Part shown: positions 17,927-27,441 of the stretch, in pieces
How positions within the stretch are numbered: the stretch's first letter is position 1
Layout of the letters: every line of letters starts with the position of its first letter
Position numbers and translations under genes: made by a program
From: an archaeon
GTDB taxonomy: Archaea > Asgardarchaeota > Thorarchaeia > Thorarchaeales > Thorarchaeaceae
Length of the DNA: 32,000 bases
Assembly: GCA_024275415.1 (NCBI GenBank)
Contig: JAJRZD010000089.1
Location: 7,137 to 39,136, forward strand
Direction of reading: 5' to 3'
The notes under the pieces: model-generated
What the model saw: the letters and a program-made list of their open reading frames with translations, nothing else
What the model was told of the DNA's origin: nothing
Databases searched by the model: none

Positions 17927-18799
17927 TCAATGTCTAATCATTCTTTCTAGGAGTAATCCTACTCCTTGCGATTCAATGCCTACTGTCTTATACTCTGGAG
18001 TAACATGTATTCTTTCTATCGATTTGACCATCTCAATCACTCTTGATACTGTTGTTTCTCTGATCGGCTGACTACGATAGCGTGTGAGATCCACTGCTTT
18101 CCTGAACCGCTCAGGGTCGTATGCGAACACATGTCCAGGTCCTACTACCAGTACATGATCCACATCAATCAGTCCTTCCCATGGCCATGCAGAATCGTTG
18201 AAGCCCTCAATGATAACAACATCAGACTGTCCATCAATATATTGCAACGTATCGTCGAGGATGGATTCCACTACCTGCTCTGAGTACGAATAGATTTCCT
18301 GTTCATTTACAACCGGGACGATTTCTGTGTTTCTGGTGAAACACTCGACTTCTTCCTTTGTAATCAGCAGTTTTCTGTCATTAATCAACTGCTTGGCAAG
18401 CAGGATTACAGATTGGATCACTCCCTCTGAGATATGCGAGAACCGCTGCATTGCAAAGACCGAGTCCCATCCTCCAAACACCAAGTTTGCCCTGTATTTC
18501 TCCTCTGGAGCATGAAGACGCGCTGGAACGAATAGCGTGTGAATTGGATTCATGACCTCGACAGGAATGTCTGTATCAATACCCTGTCTGACCTCACGGA
18601 CATCACTGGAAAAAATAATCCCTTCTTCCATGCACATCCGCGTGTGCGTATATTTCTGCCAGTAGTTGTGACCGCTTATTGGTTTGAAATACTCGACTCT
18701 TTGACCTTCGGAAATCATATGTCGTATCAGGCTCTTACTGAGCAACGTCTTTCCAGAGTCGAACGAGTTCAGTCCCAGAACCAAGATGTGCTGTGTCAT
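17927..18799 (-). CDS. Uncharacterised archaeal P-loop NTPase (BioD/CobQ-like; probably COG4028-type)
   Basis: ILVLGLNSFDSGKT, YFKPISGHNYW, VIIEGFND; start placed at ATG 18799 (MTQHILV). Confidence 0.75.
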   Translation of the reverse strand: MTQHILVLGLNSFDSGKTLLSKSLIRHMISEGQRVEYFKPISGHNYWQKYTHTRMCMEEGIIFSSDVREVRQGIDTDIPVEVMNPIHTLFVPARLHAPEEKYRANLVFGGWDSVFAMQRFSHISEGVIQSVILLAKQLINDRKLLITKEEVECFTRNTEIVPVVNEQEIYSYSEQVVESILDDTLQYIDGQSDVVIIEGFNDSAWPWEGLIDVDHVLVVGPGHVFAYDPERFRKAVDLTRYRSQPIRETTVSRVIEMVKSIERIHVTPEYKTVGIESQGVGLLLERMIRH

Positions 18800-18812
18800 G
18801 GAATCCCACCTG

Positions 18813-18845
18813 AAAAAAGAAAATGAAAGGAGCCTTTTAGGCTCC
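18813..18845 (-). terminator. Stem-loop plus U-tract after thermosome
   Basis: Minus strand GGAGCC-TAAAA-GGCTCC followed by TTTCATTTTCTTTTTT, 18 nt after the stop codon. Confidence 0.75.
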
Positions 18846-18863
18846 ATTGTACTACTTCTGTCA

Positions 18864-18930
18864 TTACATCATGCCGGGCATTCCGCCCATGCCACCCATG
18901 CCGCCCATACCGCCGCCCATGCCGCCACCT
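18864..18930 (-). repeat. Imperfect ATGGGCGGC repeats encoding the chaperonin GGM tail
   Basis: [23 protein letters not shown]. Confidence 0.85.
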
Positions 18931-20534
18931 TCACCCATATCGGATGGTGAGCTAGCCTTGGCTGCGATGACATCATCGATTCTTAGGATCATCTGGGCTG
19001 CTTCAGCTGCGGAGCGAATCGCCTGGTGCTTGACACGCACGGGCTCGATGACTCCCTCTTTCATCATATCGACAGTCTTACCCTTGATGACATCAACACC
19101 GACCCAGAGTCCCTGCTCTCCAGCATGCTCCTTGTTCAAGTCCGTGATGATATCGATGGGGTCATGACCGCCATTCTCTGTGAGAGTCTTTGGTACGATT
19201 CTTAGTGCCTCAGCGAATGCCTCAATGGCAAGCTGCTCGCGTCCCTTCACTGTGCCGGCGTATTCTTCAAGCCGTCGTGCGACTTCGATCTCAGTTGCAC
19301 CGCCTCCAGCGACATAGACACCGTCTTCCACAACATTCCTTACCACACAGAGTGCGTCGTGGAGTGCTCTATCTGCTTCATCAACGACATGCTCGGTGCC
19401 ACCGCGTATCACGATGGATACGGCCTTGGGGTCTTTGCAGTTCTTGACGTAGACCAACTTGTCGTCGCCAATCTTGACTTCCTCGACAATACCTGCTTCG
19501 CCGATGTAGTCTGAAGAGATCTCGTCAAGGCTTGACGCGACCTTGGCACCGGTAGCTTTTGCCAGCTTCTCTAGTGTGCTTTTCTTGGCTCTGCGGATTG
19601 CCATTACTCCTGCCTTGGCAAGGTAGTGCTGTGCCACATCATCGATGCCTTTCTGACAGATGAGCACGTTGGCTCCAGAGTTGACGATTTTGTCTACCAT
19701 GTCCTTAAGCATCTTCTCCTCTTGGTCGAGGAATGCCTTGATCTGGTCTGGACTCTCGATCTTGATCTCCGCATCGAATTCTGTCTTCTCGACCTCGATG
19801 GCTGCGTTCACTAGGGCAATCTTTGCACCCTCTACCTTTCTGGGCATGGATGCGTGGACGACCTCCTTGTCAATGACCATCCCGTTCACGAGCTCAGTTT
19901 CGTCAAGGCTCTTGCCCTGCTTCTTGATAATCTCGATCATATCGATGTCTGCCTTTGTCTTGCCGTTGACTTCCTCCTTTACTTGGAGTACTGCGTCCAC
20001 AGCAATCTTCCCAAACAGATCCTTTGAGCCCATGACGGACTTGCTGTTCATCGAGGTCTCTGCAATCTTGAGCAAGACCTTCTTGTCCATCCCTTCCATG
20101 GACACACCGATTTCTTTCAAGATGTCAGATGCTTTCTCAGCAGCCTTCTGATATCCTCCCACTATGATGGTCGGATGGATCTTCTTCTCTAAGAGATCCT
20201 GTGCTCTCTTGAGCAACTCGCCAGCAATGACTACGCTTGTTGTAGTACCATCGCCTGTTTCCTGATCTTGGCTCTTAGCAACCTCGACAAGCATCTTGGC
20301 CGCTGGATGCTGGACATCGATTTCTTTGAGGATGCTAGCACCGTCGTTGGTGATAGTGACATCACCAAGACTGTCCACGAGCATCTTGTCCATGCCGCGT
20401 GGTCCGAGTGTGGACTTCACGGCGTCCGAGATCACGATACCGGCCATGATGTTATTGGATTGAGCTGACCTTCCACGGGTCCTGCTCGTTCCTTCTTTCA
20501 GTATGAGTACAGGTGTACCTGATAACTGTGCCAT
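18864..20534 (-). CDS. ths: Thermosome (group II chaperonin) subunit
   Basis: [44 protein letters not shown]; C-terminal GGM-rich tail. Confidence 0.98.
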   Translation of the reverse strand: MAQLSGTPVLILKEGTSRTRGRSAQSNNIMAGIVISDAVKSTLGPRGMDKMLVDSLGDVTITNDGASILKEIDVQHPAAKMLVEVAKSQDQETGDGTTTSVVIAGELLKRAQDLLEKKIHPTIIVGGYQKAAEKASDILKEIGVSMEGMDKKVLLKIAETSMNSKSVMGSKDLFGKIAVDAVLQVKEEVNGKTKADIDMIEIIKKQGKSLDETELVNGMVIDKEVVHASMPRKVEGAKIALVNAAIEVEKTEFDAEIKIESPDQIKAFLDQEEKMLKDMVDKIVNSGANVLICQKGIDDVAQHYLAKAGVMAIRRAKKSTLEKLAKATGAKVASSLDEISSDYIGEAGIVEEVKIGDDKLVYVKNCKDPKAVSIVIRGGTEHVVDEADRALHDALCVVRNVVEDGVYVAGGGATEIEVARRLEEYAGTVKGREQLAIEAFAEALRIVPKTLTENGGHDPIDIITDLNKEHAGEQGLWVGVDVIKGKTVDMMKEGVIEPVRVKHQAIRSAAEAAQMILRIDDVIAAKASSPSDMGEGGGMGGGMGGMGGMGGMPGMM

Positions 20535-20607
20535 TTGTAACGCCTCTTGTTCCTTTCTTTTCAGATCCGTCCACTTCCCACAGTGGACTGACCTCTTACG
20601 TTTTGTT

Positions 20608-20670
20608 AAAACTGTACATGCACTTCAACATGTACTTCTAAGAAAACTGTGCATGGACTTCGTATAAAAA
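20608..20670 (-). promoter_or_regulatory. Putative thermosome promoter with repeated operator
   Basis: AAAACTGTACATGCACTTC (20608-26) and AAAACTGTGCATGGACTTC (20643-61), a partial third copy CATGTACTTC (20629-38), and a minus-strand TATA-like TTTTTATA (20663-70). Confidence 0.6.
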
Positions 20671-20913
20671 CCTTATCTTACAACACAAAAGGTAGTGTAC
20701 GACAATGTTGTGCAAGATGTGGGCATATGTTGGATTGTGTAACGTCCGTGCAGTTACATTTTCATTTACAATTCGTCGTGTTGGGATTACAGCGAGATAC
20801 GCGGCTGCTTGAACGCATGACTAGACAATTTTTGAAACGTGCGGGGAATATGGAATGACCTACAACAATGCATCCATCACGGATGCAATATGGCGGCCTA
20901 CGGCAGAGTGTGG

Positions 20914-21402
20914 TCAGACTCGGAAGAACATACGTTTCTTACAGGCGAGGGGTCCAGCATGCAGGATTTCCATCCCGACTTTCTCCCCCATTATCTCCTC
21001 TAGCATACCGCAGAGATACCCGTTGCTCAGGAAACAGAGCGGGCCACATTGCTTTAGGTTCTTCTGAGTGATTGCAGCACGAACCGGGCAGTCCCGTACT
21101 ATGATATCAAAGGATGCACGTCCGAGTTCATCTTCATAGAAGTAAGCATCGGTACTATCGTGTTTTCTCAACTCGATGTGCCAGACACCTTCGTATGCTT
21201 TGTTGAGCAGATCCACAGCTGGTTTGAGAGAGTTGGTCTTATGGAGATTCTCTGCAAGACGCCGTCCTTCTTTGACGCCTGTGCCCATGATGAGACCCTT
21301 GGATGCAGGCCCCAATAGGTCTTCAATGCCGTTGTTGATTGTCGCTAGGAGCGAGAGATACGCATCAACTCGCCTAGACTCACTATCTCTCGATGGTTCC
21401 AT
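20914..21402 (-). CDS. V4R/H-NOX/Bet3-fold small protein
   Basis: LG.....I...G...GRRLAE helix pattern; DCP, LCF..NGYLCGMLEE and E..HAG..AC resemble V4R metal-ligand spacing. Confidence 0.6.
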   Translation of the reverse strand: MEPSRDSESRRVDAYLSLLATINNGIEDLLGPASKGLIMGTGVKEGRRLAENLHKTNSLKPAVDLLNKAYEGVWHIELRKHDSTDAYFYEDELGRASFDIIVRDCPVRAAITQKNLKQCGPLCFLSNGYLCGMLEEIMGEKVGMEILHAGPLACKKRMFFRV

Positions 21403-21420
21403 GATGGTTTTCGAGCTTTT

Positions 21421-21493
21421 GTGAATGGATATAATACATTCGGATATTCATCCACTCATTTATACAATTGAGATGATAAAAAAATCAATTGAG
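21421..21493. promoter_or_regulatory. Divergent promoter region with inverted and direct repeats
   Basis: GTGAATGGATAT-N11-ATATTCATCCAC (10/12); CAATTGAG at 21465 and 21486; minus-strand TATAAA at 21459-64. Confidence 0.4.
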
Positions 21494-21612
21494 GGATGGC
21501 TGTACGAAGCGGAGAAGTGAGGATTGGGACTTGCATTCCGAACCATTTAGTAAAACACATATTCCCCCAGTGCGAGATGGCACAATAGTTTCAATAGAGG
21601 AGAGGCAAGTCA

Positions 21613-23328
21613 TTGGATATTTCTTTCAACATCGGCGGAGAAGCTGGTCAGGGTATTGACACCATTGGTGACCTGCTGGCACAGATTTTCGTCAAACAGG
21701 GATTCTACACGTTCACACACAAGGATTTCATGTCTCGGATACGAGGCGGTTACAATTTCAATGTGATACGGGTGTCAGACCGACCAGTTCATGCACCCTC
21801 CCACAAATACGATGTGATAATAGCCCTCACAGAGGATGCTATACGGAGGCCAAGGGATTCTCTTGTGGAGGACGGTGTCATCATATTTGAGGACTCCATC
21901 GAGTTCTCCGACCTTGAGCCGTGCCATTTTCCTGCACCACTGCTAAAGACTGCACGAAAAGTTGGCGGCAACATCAGAATGATGAACGCAGCAGCGCTTG
22001 GTGCCATTCTATCTGTCCTGAAATTTCCGTTCCATCTTGCACAGGATACGCTTGCTGAGATATTTGGCAGGAAAGGTCAGAAGATTGTCGAGGGAAATAT
22101 CGCAGTTGCAAAGGCGTTGTTCGACTTGACCGCTAAGGAGTTCTCACGTTCATGCAGTGAAAACCTCAGTACTATCAAAAAAGGCCCCTGCAGTGATCGG
22201 ATGATGATCACTGGCAATCGGGCAGTCGCTCTGGGAGCAATGGCTGCGAATGTCAAGTGGGTATCATCTTACCCCATGAGTCCCTCAACATCAGTCTTTC
22301 AGGATATTGTATCAAATGCTGAGAAGCTACGGATAGGTACCATACAGACTGAAGATGAGATCGCTGCTCTTCTTATGGCGATAGGTGCATCTTTTGGCGG
22401 AGTACGATCGTTGACAACCACATCAGGCGGGGGCTTCTCACTTATGGTGGAGGCACTTGGATTTGCTGCTATGACCGAAACGCCTGTTGTGATATATAAC
22501 GCTCAGCGCCCTGGCCCTAGCACAGGGCTACCCACTCGCACTGAGCAGTCAGACCTTCTGTTTTCGGTGTTTGCGAGCCAAGGCGAGTTCCCAAGAATCA
22601 TTCTTGCACCGAAAGACCCCTTAGACGGGTTTGATGTCACGGTTCGCGCTTTCAACCTTGCAGAGAAATACCAAGTTCCTGTGATTATTTTGGGCGACCA
22701 ATACTTTGCTGACTCGGTGATGAACTTGCCTCGAATAGACGTATCCACTGTATCGATTGACAGAGGTAAATTGGCTAAAGATGATGACGGGGAGTACAAA
22801 AGACACAGGCTGACGGATGATGGGGTTTCACCGAGGGCTTTTCCCGGAGACCCTGGCAAGATAGTCGTTTCGACAGGGAATGTCCATCTTGAGGATGGGC
22901 ATATTACAGAAGACCCCGAGATACGGAATGCGATGGTTCATAAATTCATGAACAAGATTCCATTCATCCTAGAGGATTTGAACCACCCGACACTTGATGG
23001 AACCAGCGATGCTGAAATGACCCTGTTATCGTGGGGTTCATCATGGGGTGCGACGAACGAGGCTATGAGTATCCTGAGCGAGGATGGCGTGTCCATCAAC
23101 CACCTCCACTTCACTGATGTCTATCCCTTACGGGATGAGGTACTCAAAGAGGTCTTCGCACGAGCCTCGAAGGTCATCGCTGTGGAACAGAACACTCTTT
23201 CCCAATTTGCCAAGCTCGTGCGTATGGAGGTCGGTCTGAGTGTCACTCATCATGTGAACAGATACGATGGGAGGCCTCTTACTGCAAGATGGATCATTGA
23301 CAAGCTTGAGGAGGTTGGCGCATTATGA
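21613..23328 (+). CDS. korA: 2-oxoacid:ferredoxin oxidoreductase alpha subunit (gamma-alpha fused)
   Basis: GGEAGQGI, SRIRGG, YPMSPST, QTEDE, TTTSGGGFSLM, QRPGPSTGLPT; TTG start after GAGGAG. Substrate specificity cannot be determined. Confidence 0.93.
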   Translation: MDISFNIGGEAGQGIDTIGDLLAQIFVKQGFYTFTHKDFMSRIRGGYNFNVIRVSDRPVHAPSHKYDVIIALTEDAIRRPRDSLVEDGVIIFEDSIEFSDLEPCHFPAPLLKTARKVGGNIRMMNAAALGAILSVLKFPFHLAQDTLAEIFGRKGQKIVEGNIAVAKALFDLTAKEFSRSCSENLSTIKKGPCSDRMMITGNRAVALGAMAANVKWVSSYPMSPSTSVFQDIVSNAEKLRIGTIQTEDEIAALLMAIGASFGGVRSLTTTSGGGFSLMVEALGFAAMTETPVVIYNAQRPGPSTGLPTRTEQSDLLFSVFASQGEFPRIILAPKDPLDGFDVTVRAFNLAEKYQVPVIILGDQYFADSVMNLPRIDVSTVSIDRGKLAKDDDGEYKRHRLTDDGVSPRAFPGDPGKIVVSTGNVHLEDGHITEDPEIRNAMVHKFMNKIPFILEDLNHPTLDGTSDAEMTLLSWGSSWGATNEAMSILSEDGVSINHLHFTDVYPLRDEVLKEVFARASKVIAVEQNTLSQFAKLVRMEVGLSVTHHVNRYDGRPLTARWIIDKLEEVGAL

Positions 23329-24191
23329 TTACGGCAGAGCAACTAGAAGGAAAACAGAAGATTACTTGGTGTACAGGTTGTGGAAACTTCGGCATCCTTG
23401 CATCCTTGAAGAAGGCGGTAATTGGGCTGGATATCCCCCACGAGAACATCGTGTTGGTATCGGGCATCGGTTGTTCCAGTAAGACCCCGCACTACATCAA
23501 TCTGAACGCGATGCACACTATCCATGGCAGACCCATACCCGTCGCAACTGGTGTACATATGGCTAACAATGATCTTACTGTGATTGTCAACACAGGCGAT
23601 GGCGATTGCCTTGGTGAAGGTCTCGGACATTTCATCCATGCTGCACGGCGTAATGTGAACATTGCCGTCTTCATACACAACAACGGTGTCAATGGACTGA
23701 CAAAGGGACAGTTCTCTCCCGCAGCGCGAAGGGGTTATGTATCAAACACATCCCCACCTCCCCCTGGAGCTCCGATGGATCCAGTCAATCCCGTCGCATT
23801 AGCACTCGCTTCTGGCGCAAGCTTTGCAGCACGCGGGTTCTCAGGCGATCAGAAGAACCTTGTTGATATCATGATTCGCGCTATCAGGCATAGGGGATTT
23901 GCGGTCGTTGATATACTGCAACCTTGTGTCACATGGAACAAGTCCCTCACATGGGGCTTCTACAACAAACGCATTTACAATCTTCAAGAGGAAGGCCATG
24001 ACACGGCAGACCGGATAAAGGCACTCGAAGCGTCTCGTGAATGGGGCGACCGAATCCCGACTGGGATCTTCTTTGACACGGAATGTGCTGACCTTGCACA
24101 GGACATTTTCCTTCCCGAAGATGGGAATCTGAAGGATCATATCAACGATCTCTCATTGGTGCAGCAGTTAATTGATGACCATATCCTATAG
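23325..24191 (+). CDS. korB: 2-oxoacid:ferredoxin oxidoreductase beta subunit
   Basis: WCTGCGNFG, SGIGCS, HGR, TPP motif GDGD..NNG, LQPCVTWN; ATGA overlap with alpha. Confidence 0.95.
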   Translation: MITAEQLEGKQKITWCTGCGNFGILASLKKAVIGLDIPHENIVLVSGIGCSSKTPHYINLNAMHTIHGRPIPVATGVHMANNDLTVIVNTGDGDCLGEGLGHFIHAARRNVNIAVFIHNNGVNGLTKGQFSPAARRGYVSNTSPPPPGAPMDPVNPVALALASGASFAARGFSGDQKNLVDIMIRAIRHRGFAVVDILQPCVTWNKSLTWGFYNKRIYNLQEEGHDTADRIKALEASREWGDRIPTGIFFDTECADLAQDIFLPEDGNLKDHINDLSLVQQLIDDHIL

Positions 24192-24283
24192 CCAAGAGTG
24201 GGAGTGTTGAACCTCCCCTCCTTGTGCCATAGATAAAGCGATATGTACGAGATTGCAGAGGGGAACACGAATACTCGGAGGGT

Positions 24284-25675
24284 TTGCCAATGGTGAAGAT
24301 GAGAAAGGAGCGAGACCTTCTTGGTGAGATCGAAGTCCCCGAAGATGCTTATTATGGCATCAACACCGAACGCGCGATTCGCAACTTCTCAATAAGTGGC
24401 CACAAGATGCCTACGGCGTTCATCATTGCATTGGCAAAGGTGAAGAAGGCATGTCTGCTTGCCAACTTGGAAAGTGGTGATATTGACGATGTGATTGGGA
24501 ACGCACTCAAGACTGCAATAGATGACATCCTTATTCATGATAGACTGCTTGACCAGTTCCCTGTGGACATCTACCAGACCGGATCCGGCACTCAGACCAA
24601 CATGAACATGAACGAGGTTCTTGCAAACCGGGCCAATGAAATCCTGGGTCATCCGAAGGGCAAGAAGAGCCCTGTCCATCCGAATGACCATGTGAACTTG
24701 GGTCAGTCAAGCAATGATGTGATTCCTACGGCAATGCATATCGCCGCACTTGAGGCGCTGTCGAAGGATCTTTTCCCTGCAGTGGAGAAGCTCATGCAGA
24801 CATTGGACAACAAGATATCCGAGTTCGAGGAGATTGTCAAGATAGGCAGGACACATCTTCAAGATGCAGTTCCGATTCCCCTCTCCTTGGAGTTCAAAGT
24901 CTATCGTTCACAGGTGATTTCAAGCTTTGGTGACCTGCAATCTGCTAGGAACGATCTTGTCAAATTGCCGATTGGTGGCACTGCTCTAGGAACGGGGTTG
25001 AATGCGCCCGTTGGCTTCTCAGAAAGAGTAGTAAAGCACCTGTCCAAATTGACCAGACTCCCACTTGAAGTGAATCCGGTACTTGCAGAAGGGATTGCAT
25101 CCCATCGGGTATTTGTCAAGCTAAGCAGTACTTTGAAGGTTCTTGCATTGGCCTGTCTTAAGATGGCTAACGATATTCGCTGGATGGCTTCTGGCCCTAG
25201 AGCGGGACTTGGCGAGTTGTCCCTTCCTGAGAACGAGCCTGGCTCCTCGATCATGCCGGGTAAAGTGAACCCGACGCAATCAGAGGCATTGATACAGGTA
25301 GCAATCCAGGTGGTTGGATACGACACAGCGATATCGATGGCCGAAGCATACGGTAGCATCCTTGACCTGAATATGGCAAAGCCTCTCATTATTGTAGATA
25401 CCCTTGACGCAATGAAAATCCTGTCCAAGGGCATCATGTCCTTCGTGAACAAATGCCTCGCCGGCATAAAGCCCAATCGTGAAAGAATCAGGGCGGATTT
25501 GGATCGAAGCCTGATGGTGGTAACCCGATTGGCACCCATTATTGGCTATGACAAGGCTGGTGAGATTGCAAAGGTGGCACTTGAGAGCGGAAAGACCGTA
25601 CGAGAAGTCGTTGAAGATATGGATTTGAGAATAGACGACATTGATGAAATCCTCGATCCCACAACGATGGTCTGA
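24284..25675 (+). CDS. fumC: Class II fumarate hydratase (fumarase/aspartase family)
   Basis: QTGSGTQTNMNMNEV, HPNDHVN.GQSSND, GRTHLQDA, GSSIMPGKVNP; start may be ATG 24290. Confidence 0.93.
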   Translation: MPMVKMRKERDLLGEIEVPEDAYYGINTERAIRNFSISGHKMPTAFIIALAKVKKACLLANLESGDIDDVIGNALKTAIDDILIHDRLLDQFPVDIYQTGSGTQTNMNMNEVLANRANEILGHPKGKKSPVHPNDHVNLGQSSNDVIPTAMHIAALEALSKDLFPAVEKLMQTLDNKISEFEEIVKIGRTHLQDAVPIPLSLEFKVYRSQVISSFGDLQSARNDLVKLPIGGTALGTGLNAPVGFSERVVKHLSKLTRLPLEVNPVLAEGIASHRVFVKLSSTLKVLALACLKMANDIRWMASGPRAGLGELSLPENEPGSSIMPGKVNPTQSEALIQVAIQVVGYDTAISMAEAYGSILDLNMAKPLIIVDTLDAMKILSKGIMSFVNKCLAGIKPNRERIRADLDRSLMVVTRLAPIIGYDKAGEIAKVALESGKTVREVVEDMDLRIDDIDEILDPTTMV

Positions 25676-25728
25676 CCATGGTTAATCCGGATGAGAATAA
25701 TTCATATGCTCAATTCCATAGGGGCTGA

Positions 25729-27441
25729 ATGTATATTTACTCCGAGGAGGAAAAGAACAGGGTGATATATGACCATGATGCCTTGATCATAGGAGCTGGT
25801 CTTTCGGGACTTCGGGTTGCCATTGAGCTGGCACAAAAACATGATGTCGCAATTCTTACTAAAGTTCAAGCATTGCGGTCACACTCGGTCGCAGCTCAAG
25901 GGGGTATCAATGCAGCCCTTAGAGAGGACGATTCATGGGAGATGCACGCCTTCGATACTGTGAAGGGCTCTGACTATCTCGCTGACCAAGACGCCGTAGA
26001 AATCCTGACACAAGAGGCTCCCCGAGCGGTAATCGAGAACGAGCTATGGGGTACTGCATTCTCAAGGACCCCTACTGGGAATATTGCTCAGAGACCCTTT
26101 GGTGGTGCTGGTTATCCGCGAACCTGCTACGCAGCTGACAGAACCGGTCATAACCTTCTACATACGACATTCGAGCAAGCCATGCGTCTTGGCATCAAGT
26201 TCTATGACGAATTCTTTGCAACATCCTTGGTTCGTGATGACAACCGGATAGTGGGCGTGACAGCACTTGAGATATCCTCTGGAGCGGTTCATGGGTTTAC
26301 TGCGAAAGCTGTTGTGGTTGCCACTGGCGGTTTCGGCAGGGTCTATGCGCGGTCGACGAATGCCCTCATAAACACGGGCGATGGATGTGCTCTTGCCCTC
26401 CGGGTTGGGGTACCCCTGAAAGATATGGAATTCGTACAATTCCATCCAACAACACTCTATGGGTCTAGCATCCTGATCACTGAGGGGGCTCGCGGCGAAG
26501 GAGGCCATCTTCTGAACGCGAAAGGTAAACGGTTTATGGGCAAATACGCTCCTGACAAGATGGAACTTGCCCCACGTGACATCGTTGCGAGGGCCATCAG
26601 GACAGAGGTTCTTGAGGGACGAGGCTTCGAAGGGAGGTACGTGCATCTTGACCTGACCCACCTTGGAAAGGATCGCATCATGGAACGGCTCCCTGGGATT
26701 CGTGAGATATGCGTCCATTTTGCAGGTATCGATCCTATTGATGAGCCGATACCCGTCCTCCCCGGTCAGCACTATTCAATGGGCGGAATTGATTGCGACA
26801 AATATGGTAATACCACCCTTCCCGGACTATTCGCCGTAGGTGAGGCAGCGTGTATGAGTGTTCATGGTGCGAACAGGCTTGGTGGAAACTCCCTGTTGGA
26901 AACTCTGGTCTTTGGACGCGTAGTCGGACAGAAGGTCATAGAATATCTGGGATCCGCAAAGTCTCCCTCGAAGCAGGTTGTCGATGATGAGGCATACCGC
27001 ATTCGAGAGAAGCTCCAGACAATGACGATCAAGGAGCAAGGAGAGTCACTTCACGAATTGAGAACCAAACTGACTGAGGCGATGGATGACTATGTTGGTG
27101 TGTTCAGGAATGCAAACGATATCAAAAAGGCACTCAAAGTCATCAGAGAGGTTCGTATCGGATTCGAGAACCTCGCATTGGGTGAGATGGATCAGCGGTT
27201 CAACTACTCTCTCATCAGGGCATTAGAACTTGAGAACATGATCGACCTTGCCGAATCTATTGCACAGGGAGCATTGATGCGAAAAGAAAGCAGAGGTGCC
27301 CACTGGCGAGTGGACTATCCAAATCGGAATGACGAGAAGTTCCTCAAACACTCCCTTGCAACACTGACACCCGAAGGCATCAAGATAAGCTACAAAGATG
27401 TCAATCTTGGCAGATTTGAAGTAAAGGAGAGGATGTACTAA
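25729..27441 (+). CDS. sdhA: Succinate dehydrogenase/fumarate reductase flavoprotein subunit
   Basis: GAGLSG, RSHSVAAQGG (FAD His), QFHPT, TEGARGEGG, HYSMGG, HGANRLGGNSL, ESRGAH. Confidence 0.96.
   Translation: MYIYSEEEKNRVIYDHDALIIGAGLSGLRVAIELAQKHDVAILTKVQALRSHSVAAQGGINAALREDDSWEMHAFDTVKGSDYLADQDAVEILTQEAPRAVIENELWGTAFSRTPTGNIAQRPFGGAGYPRTCYAADRTGHNLLHTTFEQAMRLGIKFYDEFFATSLVRDDNRIVGVTALEISSGAVHGFTAKAVVVATGGFGRVYARSTNALINTGDGCALALRVGVPLKDMEFVQFHPTTLYGSSILITEGARGEGGHLLNAKGKRFMGKYAPDKMELAPRDIVARAIRTEVLEGRGFEGRYVHLDLTHLGKDRIMERLPGIREICVHFAGIDPIDEPIPVLPGQHYSMGGIDCDKYGNTTLPGLFAVGEAACMSVHGANRLGGNSLLETLVFGRVVGQKVIEYLGSAKSPSKQVVDDEAYRIREKLQTMTIKEQGESLHELRTKLTEAMDDYVGVFRNANDIKKALKVIREVRIGFENLALGEMDQRFNYSLIRALELENMIDLAESIAQGALMRKESRGAHWRVDYPNRNDEKFLKHSLATLTPEGIKISYKDVNLGRFEVKERMY

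Noticed and set aside
20738-20758. TGTAAC-N9-GTTACA palindrome
   Set aside because: Only 6-bp arms, far from the ths TATA, and its spacing does not match HSR1-type sites.
20649-21071. Short plus-strand ORFs between ths and the V4R gene
   Set aside because: No motifs; they overlap the ths promoter or lie antisense to the V4R gene.
24243-24296. 12-nt identity ATGTACGAGATT with the nfnA start, opening a 17-aa ORF before fumC
   Set aside because: A single short match with no further similarity; likely chance.
2274-27441. Genome-wide reassignment of TAA to a sense codon
   Set aside because: At least 8 genes end in TAA exactly where their families end, some directly abutting the next ATG.
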